This document shows, in pieces, positions 9,402 through 16,979 of a stretch of DNA of 64,000 nucleotides (position 1 is its first letter; every line of letters starts with the position of its first letter). The position numbers were made by a program, and so were the translations under genes. Source of the DNA: Candidatus Acidiferrales bacterium (GTDB taxonomy: Bacteria > Acidobacteriota > Terriglobia > Acidiferrales > UBA7541); NCBI GenBank assembly GCA_035534035.1, contig DATLSS010000025.1, positions 4,054-68,053 on the forward strand, read 5' to 3'. The notes beneath the pieces are model-generated. The model did no database searches, was not told the origin of the DNA, and saw nothing but the letters and a program-made list of their open reading frames with translations.

Positions 9402-10574
9402 ATGACCCGCGGAATCCAATTCGAAGGCCGTCCCGTTTGGGCTGAGATTTCTCTCTCCGCCATCACTCACAATCTTCGCTTGGTCCGCCGAAAAATTGGC
9501 AAGAAACGGAGAATTCTTGCCGTCGTCAAGGCGAATGCCTACGGCCTGGGCGCTGTCGAAGTCAGCAAGCATCTCTCCCGCTTGGGCGTCGAAGCGTTTG
9601 GAGTCACCTGTTCATCCGAAGGCATCGAATTGCGTGAAGCTGGCCTTCGGCAGCCGATTCTTCTCCTGACGGGTTTTTGGCCCGGCGAAGAAAAACGCAT
9701 TTTGCATCACAATCTCACGCCAACAATTGCCCGCCTGGATCAGCTTCGCTTGCTCGAACGTGTTGCTTCCAAATCGAGCGGGCGAAACTCACCACAGAAA
9801 TTCCGCTTCCATCTAAAAATAGACAGCGGCATGAACCGCCTCGGAATTTCGCCCAAGGAAATCGCTGCGTTCATCCGCGAATACGCCGCCTGCCCGCATC
9901 TTGAACTCGCCGGCACATTCACGCACTTCGCTTCTGCCGACGACTTGCGCTCCTCTCAAAACGAGCAGCAGGAAAAACTTTTCGCTGATGCTCTATCACA
10001 GCTCCGCGAGGAGGGAGTCTCGCCGGGCATCATCCACATGGCCAATAGCGGCGCTATCTGTGCGCGCGAGGCCACTTGGTCGGATATGGTGCGGCCCGGC
10101 GCCGTCCTCTACGGCTATCATCAGAGTTTCGAGCCTCCCGAGGTGGCTGCCAGCGTCAAACGAGACATGCAACTGAAACCCTGCCTCAGCTTCCGGGCGC
10201 GCATTATTTCCCTCCGCGAAGTTGCCGCGGGCCAGCCCGTGGGCTATAGCGCAAAGTTCGTCGCCGATCGTCCCTCGCGCATTGCGGTCATCGCCGCGGG
10301 CTATGCCGACGGTATCGTGCGTCAACGCAGCAATCGCGGTTGTGTAATCGTCAGAGGGCGCCTTGTTCCTCTGGTCGGCACGATTTCAATGGATCTTTCC
10401 ATGGTCGACGTGACCGATGTCCCGGGAGTCGCCCTCGGTGACGTGGTCACCATCTATGGCCAGGATGGCAAAACCGCAATCCACGCCGATCAAATCGCCC
10501 GCCAAATCGGTACCGTCACGTCCGATTTGCTCTGCGCCCTTGGGCGCCGCGTTCCTCGCTTCTACGTTTCTTGA
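9402..10574 (+). CDS. alr: Alanine racemase
   Basis: Has the PLP-lysine motif AVVKANAYGLG and the C-terminal beta domain (GYADG, ISMD). Confidence 0.88.
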   Translation: MTRGIQFEGRPVWAEISLSAITHNLRLVRRKIGKKRRILAVVKANAYGLGAVEVSKHLSRLGVEAFGVTCSSEGIELREAGLRQPILLLTGFWPGEEKRILHHNLTPTIARLDQLRLLERVASKSSGRNSPQKFRFHLKIDSGMNRLGISPKEIAAFIREYAACPHLELAGTFTHFASADDLRSSQNEQQEKLFADALSQLREEGVSPGIIHMANSGAICAREATWSDMVRPGAVLYGYHQSFEPPEVAASVKRDMQLKPCLSFRARIISLREVAAGQPVGYSAKFVADRPSRIAVIAAGYADGIVRQRSNRGCVIVRGRLVPLVGTISMDLSMVDVTDVPGVALGDVVTIYGQDGKTAIHADQIARQIGTVTSDLLCALGRRVPRFYVS

Positions 10575-10736
10575 TTCGTTTCTCGCACCGTTCGCCCAGT
10601 GGTATACTTCCTTGAGTCACTCATAATTTGTTTTCATTCATACCGGCTGTAATCTGGAAATTTCATAGAGCCGGGCAGCATCCTGTACCTGATATACGTT
10701 CATAACTTGATATCTTAATTTTATAAAGGGGCCACG

Positions 10737-11996
10737 ATGACGCGCACTTTTAACCCATCGAATCGTTCCTCTGTTTCCGACAATCCAGAAAATCCCTCGA
10801 GCAAGCCGGGTTTGCTTTCCAAGATGGATTCTGGCGGGGTTGGCGGCTTTTGGGACATGGCCGCGATCCGCTTGATCTTTACCGTGGTCTGCGTTGCCGC
10901 CGGCTACCATTTCATGCCCTTCACTCTCTCGCATCTTTTTGGCGCGATTGCGGGCCTGGCCTTCGCGATTGCGGTGATTCTCTTCGAGGTCCGCCTGCGC
11001 CGCGCCAGCCTTCGCCGCTTGATTGGCGCTGTGATCGGCTCGATTCTCGGCATCCTCGGAGCATTTCTTACCACCCTGGTCCTCGTTCACACTTCGATGC
11101 CGGAGAGCACCCGTTCCTTCATCAGCCTCGCCGTATTTCTCGTGATGGCCTATATCGGCTTGATCGTCGGCGCAAACAAGGGCGACATGCTCAATCTTCA
11201 GGCCCTCGGCGGCCTGTTCGGCACGGAACGCGGCTCGCGTCAAATCTACAAGGTGCTCGACACGAGCGTCATCATCGACGGCCGCGTGATCGATATCGCC
11301 GAAGCCCATTTCATCGACGGCACCATCATCATCCCGCAGTTCGTTCTGCGCGAACTCCAAATGGTCGCGGATTCGGCCGATTCGCTGCGCCGTCAACGCG
11401 GCCGGCGCGGTCTCGAAGTTTTGCAGCGCATTCAGAAAATGCCGCACCTCGATGTCCAGATTGCCGAGGACGATTTCCAGAACATCGCCGAAGTCGATCT
11501 GAAGCTTATCGAACTCGCCAAACGCTACGACGCCAAAATTATCACCAACGATTTCAATCTCAACAAAGTCGCCACGCTTCAGGGAATCGAGATTTTGAAC
11601 GTCAATCAGCTTGCCAACGCCCTCAAGCCCGTTGTCCTTCCTGGCGAGACGATGCGCGTATTCATCCTTCGCGAAGGCAAGGAATACAATCAAGGCGTAG
11701 CGTATCTCGACGATGGCACAATGGTCGTGGTCGACGGTGCGCGCAAAATGATCAACAAAACCATCGACATCTCCGTCACTTCCGTTCATCAGACTACCGC
11801 GGGCAAGATGATTTTTGGCCGTTATGACGAGCGTGGCGAACAGAATGCCGCCCGCGCGCCCCAGTCGTTGCCCGGCTCCGCGGCGGAGAACGCTTTCCGC
11901 TCCTCCGCGCCGGAACTACGCTCCTCCGATCCTGCCGCTCCCGGCGAACGCGATCGCCCTGCCCGCCCACTCACTCCGGAAACGGGCCGCACCTAA
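10737..11996 (+). CDS. Membrane-anchored PIN/TRAM domain protein (YacL-like)
   Basis: Has four N-terminal hydrophobic helices, a PIN-like core (YKVLDTSVIIDGRV...ITNDFNLNKVA) and a TRAM-like barrel (GETMRVFILREGKEYNQGVAYLDDGTMVVVDG). It lies directly upstream of ispD-ispF, as yacL does in Bacillus. Confidence 0.75.
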   Translation: MTRTFNPSNRSSVSDNPENPSSKPGLLSKMDSGGVGGFWDMAAIRLIFTVVCVAAGYHFMPFTLSHLFGAIAGLAFAIAVILFEVRLRRASLRRLIGAVIGSILGILGAFLTTLVLVHTSMPESTRSFISLAVFLVMAYIGLIVGANKGDMLNLQALGGLFGTERGSRQIYKVLDTSVIIDGRVIDIAEAHFIDGTIIIPQFVLRELQMVADSADSLRRQRGRRGLEVLQRIQKMPHLDVQIAEDDFQNIAEVDLKLIELAKRYDAKIITNDFNLNKVATLQGIEILNVNQLANALKPVVLPGETMRVFILREGKEYNQGVAYLDDGTMVVVDGARKMINKTIDISVTSVHQTTAGKMIFGRYDERGEQNAARAPQSLPGSAAENAFRSSAPELRSSDPAAPGERDRPARPLTPETGRT

Positions 11997-12066
11997 CGCC
12001 GCCTGCGGCCTCTAACGGAGTGCATGTTTATCTACTACTTCGAATGCGATAGACTACGTCTCCCGA

Positions 12067-12780
12067 ATGAGCCGAATCGCCGCCATTCTTCCTGCTGCCG
12101 GACTCGGTACCCGCATGGGTTCCGATGTCCCGAAGCAATTTCTCGAACTTGATGGAGTGCCCATCGTCGTGTTCACGCTTCGGCGCTTATCGCAATGCGC
12201 CTCTATCTCGGAGTTTTTGATCGCCACTCGCCCCGACGAAGTCCAAGCCCTCGAACAGCGGTTGTCAAAAGAAAATCTCGGCAGGCCAATTCGCGTCGTG
12301 AAGGGCGGCGAAACGCGGCAGCAGTCCGTCGGTAATGCGCTGGCAAAAATTTCAGCCGATGCGGAGTTGGTTCTTGTCCACGACGCAGTGCGCCCTTTCA
12401 TCACGAGCGCGCAAGTCGATCGCGTCATCGCCGAAGCTCGCGCGCGGGGCGCAGCCATCCTCGGCCTTCCCGCAATCGATACCGTCAAGGAAGTCCGCCG
12501 CGCCACTCTGCCCGAAGATCTGGCATTGATTTCAGCCACCATTCCGCGCGAGCGAATCGTTCTGGCGCAAACACCGCAGGTATTTCAGGTCGCAGTGTTG
12601 AGAGAGGCTTTCGCCCGTGCCGATCAGGATGGTTTCACCGCGTCCGATGAGGCTGCCCTCGTCGAGCGCATGGGCCGCGACGTCTACGTCGTGCAAGGCT
12701 CCGAGCGCAACATCAAAATCACCCGTCCCGCCGACATGGAACTCGCGCATTTGTACCTCGACCAGGAGCGCCACAAATAA
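12067..12780 (+). CDS. ispD: 2-C-methyl-D-erythritol 4-phosphate cytidylyltransferase
   Basis: Contains AILPAAGLGTRMG...PKQFL and VLVHDAVRPF. Confidence 0.9.
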   Translation: MSRIAAILPAAGLGTRMGSDVPKQFLELDGVPIVVFTLRRLSQCASISEFLIATRPDEVQALEQRLSKENLGRPIRVVKGGETRQQSVGNALAKISADAELVLVHDAVRPFITSAQVDRVIAEARARGAAILGLPAIDTVKEVRRATLPEDLALISATIPRERIVLAQTPQVFQVAVLREAFARADQDGFTASDEAALVERMGRDVYVVQGSERNIKITRPADMELAHLYLDQERHK

Positions 12781-12782
12781 TC

Positions 12783-13706
12783 ATGGTCCAGAAATCCAGC
12801 TTCGAGAAATTCAACGAAGAAGCGCGCCGCTGCATCTTTATGGCCCGTCTCGCGGCCATCACCGAAAAATCAAAGAATATCGGTTTGCCCCATCTTCTCG
12901 CGGGCATTCGCAAGGAAAGCCCGGGCATATTCCGAGGCGTAAATTGGGACAAAGTTCCCTTGAAACTTGCTCGTCTTTCGCCCGAAAATCTTCACTCCGC
13001 CAGCCAAGCAACCGGGGAAATTCCCCTCGACGCGAAAGCAAAGCGCGCGCTGGCCGCGGCCGCCGACATTGCAAAGAAATTTCGTGCGGATCAAATCACG
13101 CCCGCGCATCTTCTCGCCGCGGTGCTCGCCGCCGACCGAAAGCTTCGCAAACAATTTCAGAAAGCGGGCATGGCCGAGGCTTCCGCGAAACCTGCCGGCA
13201 AGGAGCGCGCCAAATCTTCAGAACGAGCACGCATCTCGCGTTCTGGGATTGGCTACGATCTCCATCGCCTTGCCCCGAATCGCAAATTGATGATTGGCGG
13301 CATTGAAATCCCATTCGAAAAAGGCTCCGTCGGTCATTCCGATGGCGACGTCTTGAGCCACGCGATCTGCGACGCCCTCCTGGGCGCTGCCGGACTCGGC
13401 GACATCGGCACGCATTTCCCCGATACGGATCCCAAGTGGCGCGGCGTTTCGAGTCTTGTTTTTCTGCGCCAGGTTCGTCAGTATCTCGAGCGCAAGAATT
13501 GGAAGATTCGCCACATTGACGCCATCGTAGTCGCCGAACGCCCAAAGCTCGGTCCGCACTTCGCCGCTATGCGCGAGGCGCTCGCCAAAGCACTCGCCAT
13601 TTCCGTTGATCAAATCAATCTGAAGGCTAAGACGCAGGAAGGCATCGGCGAAATCGGACGCGGCGAAGCCCTCGCCGCGTACGTCATCGCCACCATCGAG
13701 GGCTGA
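12783..13706 (+). CDS. ispF: 2-C-methyl-D-erythritol 2,4-cyclodiphosphate synthase with an N-terminal Clp_N-like double-repeat domain
   Basis: The C-terminal 160 aa are canonical IspF (GIGYDLHRL...GHSDGDVLSHAICDALLGAAGLGDIGTHFPDTDP). The N-terminal 150 aa carry two repeats resembling the Clp N-terminal repeat (F.EEARR....A......IGLPHLLAGI and LDAKAKRAL..A..IA..F....ITPAHLLAAVL). The ATG lies 3 nt after the ispD stop. Confidence 0.8.
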   Translation: MVQKSSFEKFNEEARRCIFMARLAAITEKSKNIGLPHLLAGIRKESPGIFRGVNWDKVPLKLARLSPENLHSASQATGEIPLDAKAKRALAAAADIAKKFRADQITPAHLLAAVLAADRKLRKQFQKAGMAEASAKPAGKERAKSSERARISRSGIGYDLHRLAPNRKLMIGGIEIPFEKGSVGHSDGDVLSHAICDALLGAAGLGDIGTHFPDTDPKWRGVSSLVFLRQVRQYLERKNWKIRHIDAIVVAERPKLGPHFAAMREALAKALAISVDQINLKAKTQEGIGEIGRGEALAAYVIATIEG

Positions 13707-13786
13707 GCCATCTCGCCCAAATTTCGTTCTGTCGCCCAAAGCCCGAATCTGAAACACAGTCTAAGGAACGCGGAGCCGATTTTGAA

Positions 13787-14554
13787 ATGAACCATCTCGT
13801 CGGAATTCACGCTGTCGAAGAAGCGCTTATCGCGGGACGTCCGCTTGACCGCCTTCTCGTGGCTCGCGGCCAGCATGGCGGACGCATTCAAAAAATTCTC
13901 GACCTCGCGCGTTCCCGTGGCGTGCCCGTGCGTTTCGAGGATCGCGCCCAACTCGATCGCGCCGCCGGCTCCGAGCATCATCAGGGCGTCATCGCCTTCA
14001 CCGCCTCTCGCGAGGCCGTCGGCATCGAAGATCTTCTTGCCGGTAAAGCGCCCATACCGACACAGGATCCGACAGGTGATCAGACAAACGACCAATTGTT
14101 TGTTTTGCTCGACGGCATCGAGGATCCGCACAACGTCGGCGCAATCGTTCGCACCGCTCTTGCTGCAGGCGCTGCTGGATTAATCATCCCCGAGCGTCGC
14201 GCCGCCGGCTTGACGGAGACGGTCGCGCGCGTTTCCGCCGGTGCACTCGCGCACTTGCCCGTCGCCCGCGTAAAGAACCTCGCTCGTGCGATGGAGCAGC
14301 TCAAAGAAGCTGGATTTTGGTTGATTGGTCTCGATGAGCACGCCGAGAGAAATTACACCGAAGTGGATTACAAAGGCCGCATCGCCATCGTCATGGGCAG
14401 CGAAGGCACGGGCCTCCACGATCTCGTTCGCAAACGCTGCGATTTCCTCGTTTCTATTCCCACCGCCGGCCCGATCCGCTCCCTCAACGTCTCGGTCGCC
14501 GCCGGCGTCGTCCTCTTCGAAGCCCTCCGTCACCGCCAGAGCGGCCGTAAATGA
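13787..14554 (+). CDS. rlmB: SpoU/TrmH-family 23S rRNA 2'-O-methyltransferase (RlmB-like)
   Basis: Has an N-terminal SpoU substrate-binding-like region and the SpoU motifs DGIEDPHNVGAIVRTA, VMGSEGTGL and IPTAGPIRSLNVSVAAGVVLFE. Confidence 0.8.
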   Translation: MNHLVGIHAVEEALIAGRPLDRLLVARGQHGGRIQKILDLARSRGVPVRFEDRAQLDRAAGSEHHQGVIAFTASREAVGIEDLLAGKAPIPTQDPTGDQTNDQLFVLLDGIEDPHNVGAIVRTALAAGAAGLIIPERRAAGLTETVARVSAGALAHLPVARVKNLARAMEQLKEAGFWLIGLDEHAERNYTEVDYKGRIAIVMGSEGTGLHDLVRKRCDFLVSIPTAGPIRSLNVSVAAGVVLFEALRHRQSGRK

Positions 14555-14570
14555 GGAGCAGCTTCTTTGT

Positions 14571-15092
14571 TTACTTGTCGTACTGAATCAGTGAGAACAC
14601 TTCCGTCCCACTCAGCTTTTCGCGCCCTTTCAAAAAACGCAGCTCCACTGCAAATGCTGCGCCTGTAACCTCGCCGCCCAGTTGCCGCAGGAGCTGAATC
14701 GCCGCCGCCGCCGTCCCGCCGGTGGCGAGCAAATCGTCGCAGAGCAGCACGCGTTCACCGGGCTTCACGGCATCCTGATGAATCTCCAGCTTGTCCGTAC
14801 CGTATTCAAGCTGATACGTCACCTGCGCCGTTTTCCACGGCAGCTTGTTCGCCTTTCTCACCGGCACGAACCCCGCTCCCAATCGGTACGCCAGCGCCGG
14901 CGCAAAAATAAATCCCCGCGCCTCAATCCCCGCGACCACATCAATTTTTTTGCCCTCGAATTTGTCGCCGAGTCTCTCGATCAAATCGTGAAATCCCTTT
15001 TTGTCCTGCAGCAGCGTCGTCAAATCGTAAAACAAAATCCCCGCCTTCGGATAATCGGGAACTTCTCGGATCAACTTTTTCAAGTCATCCAT
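14571..15092 (-). CDS. apt: Adenine phosphoribosyltransferase
   Basis: Contains [13 protein letters not shown] and the PRPP loop [16 protein letters not shown]. Confidence 0.9.
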   Translation of the reverse strand: MDDLKKLIREVPDYPKAGILFYDLTTLLQDKKGFHDLIERLGDKFEGKKIDVVAGIEARGFIFAPALAYRLGAGFVPVRKANKLPWKTAQVTYQLEYGTDKLEIHQDAVKPGERVLLCDDLLATGGTAAAAIQLLRQLGGEVTGAAFAVELRFLKGREKLSGTEVFSLIQYDK

Positions 15093-15142
15093 TCGATTGA
15101 TTTATCCTTTCGCTGAATCACCAAGCGCAAGTTTCGCGAACG

Positions 15143-15442
15143 TTATCTTCGAGGGCTATGCTCGACGGCAAAATGGTGCGCATACTTCTCTTCCACATCC
15201 GCTTCTTCGTCCGCGATTTCAGTCACGGACGCCGCTCGTGGCCCGCGTTCGAGTTCCTTTTTCAGCTCCAGAAGCTGCGTCCGCGGCCCGATGGCATACA
15301 CTTCCACGCGCCCGTCGCCGAGATTTCTAACATATCCAGCCAATCCCAGGCGTACGGAAACCTTCTGGGCGAAATATCGGTAGCCCACACCCTGCACAGT
15401 TCCTGACACGTAATAAATCCTCGCAGCCTTCGCCTCTGCCAA
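15143..15442 (-). CDS. acyP: Acylphosphatase
   Basis: Contains VSGTVQGVGYRYF....A..LGLAGYVRNL.DGRVEV. Confidence 0.85.
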   Translation of the reverse strand: MAEAKAARIYYVSGTVQGVGYRYFAQKVSVRLGLAGYVRNLGDGRVEVYAIGPRTQLLELKKELERGPRAASVTEIADEEADVEEKYAHHFAVEHSPRR

Positions 15443-15699
15443 TTCTCCACTCCCGATTCGAGTTCGATGCGGATTTTATCAGACACCCTCGAATTCGCCA
15501 GCACGATTGCAAGCATGCAGCGCAGTTTGCGCAAAAGTGAAAAGCTTTGCATCCCTCGCGCGAAGTCCGGATTGCCGCCGTGGCTCGCCGATCTTACTGT
15601 TTTGTGATCAGTACTTTAGCGGCGACCTTGCCGCCATCTGTTTGGGCCATAACGTGCTACGACTACCAGAGCATTCCGCGCCCGGGAGGCGATTCCACG

Positions 15700-16236
15700 A
15701 TGAGATTGCGCTTGGTTTGGTTCACTGTCCTTGCCCTTGCCTTACTGATTCCCGCTGGATTTGCAGTGGCGAGCCCTGCTTCGCTGCCCGGCGATCCATC
15801 CGTCATTATTAACAAGACGGCCTCCGATGCCACTCCGTTCACCGGGAGTTTCGACGTAACGCTCGTCGATGGCGGCGCGGATATCGTTTTCCAAAACACG
15901 CTCAGCGTCGACATCACCTCACTCGTCATACAATTTCAAGTGCCACTTCCGACCGGAACCAACACGTGCGCAAGCGATATTTTTTCCGCTTGCGGCTTTC
16001 AAAACGTATCATTCAATGAGGAAACCGGTCTGCTCACTGAGAACTTCGTTTTCGGCGGCGGTGATATCACGCCGGGCGAGTTGTTTTCCTTCTCAGCTGA
16101 CGGCTTTTTTGGCGCGAACCCCAATGCTACGATCTCCTCCACTCCGGAGCCTGGCACAATTCTCCTTCTTCTCACAGGGGGCATTCCGCTGCTCGGCTTT
16201 GGCCGCAAACGCTGGGCGGCCAATCGCGCTGCCTAG
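15700..16236 (+). CDS. PEP-CTERM sorting-domain exported protein
   Basis: ATG 15700 follows GGGAGG. It has a signal peptide (MRLRLVWFTVLALALLIPAGFA) and a C-terminal TPEPGTILLLLTGGIPLLGFGRKRW (PEP motif, TM helix, basic tail). Confidence 0.8.
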   Translation: MRLRLVWFTVLALALLIPAGFAVASPASLPGDPSVIINKTASDATPFTGSFDVTLVDGGADIVFQNTLSVDITSLVIQFQVPLPTGTNTCASDIFSACGFQNVSFNEETGLLTENFVFGGGDITPGELFSFSADGFFGANPNATISSTPEPGTILLLLTGGIPLLGFGRKRWAANRAA

Positions 16237-16433
16237 AGTCGTCGCGCATACGCTAAATGTTTTTATAGCCTATTGAATCGTTTTTGTGTTCTATCCCCGA
16301 TCGCGCAGGCAATACGGCTTCGCCGACTCTGTAACCCACTGAAAATTATAGCGTTATAAAAAGTCTGACGGAGTTAGGTTTCCGGACCCATGATTGCACT
16401 TGTTACACGGTTCTCATGTGGGCGGGGGAGCTT

Positions 16434-16979
16434 ATGAAGTTGCGTTATACTCTATTGTTCGTTCTGGCCGTCACGCTCTCTACGGGGCTCGCCAAAGCCA
16501 ACGCTGTAGATCCCTCGGTCATCTTAAACGACCCGCCTCCGCCTCTGGGTCTTTCCTCAGGTTGCCCCAAGAACACCGTCTGCTTATCCGTGCCAGTGGT
16601 CGTGCTTCCGCTAAACAACGGGGTCTTTCCTCAGATCTCATTTACGTATACGGGTCCTAATACCGATGCGTTCTATGTTGTGCTCGACGACGTGCTGCCG
16701 GGCGAAACATTTACTTGCTCCTCAAACTTCTTGTCCTGCTCACTGGTTAGCGCCAATACTTGCTCCTCAATATTATGCAATATTATTAACACCATCGTCC
16801 ATTCCGACCCTGACCACGACGCCATCGCGTTTGCTTTCACCGGCACGCTCGATACTAACACCGGACTCCAGACGGCGGTGTCCGCCCCGGAACCGGGTCT
16901 CATGTGCCAGCTTCTCATCGGGATTCTGCCGCTGCTTTTTTTCGGTAGGAAATACTGGGTAGTGGACCGCTCAGCTTAG
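16434..16979 (+). CDS. PEP-CTERM sorting-domain exported protein, Cys-rich paralog
   Basis: ATG 16434 follows GGGGGAG. It has a signal peptide (MKLRYTLLFVLAVTLSTGLAKA) and a C-terminal SAPEPGLMCQLLIGILPLLFFGRKYW. It shares the post-signal DPSVI(I/L)N motif with the upstream gene. Confidence 0.8.
   Translation: MKLRYTLLFVLAVTLSTGLAKANAVDPSVILNDPPPPLGLSSGCPKNTVCLSVPVVVLPLNNGVFPQISFTYTGPNTDAFYVVLDDVLPGETFTCSSNFLSCSLVSANTCSSILCNIINTIVHSDPDHDAIAFAFTGTLDTNTGLQTAVSAPEPGLMCQLLIGILPLLFFGRKYWVVDRSA

Noticed and set aside
10638-11789. A 383-aa ORF on the minus strand, opposite the PIN/TRAM gene.
   Set aside because: This is a shadow ORF typical of high-GC DNA. It is antisense to a gene with clear domain motifs, its product is low-complexity (D/A/E/G runs), and it has no recognisable motif.
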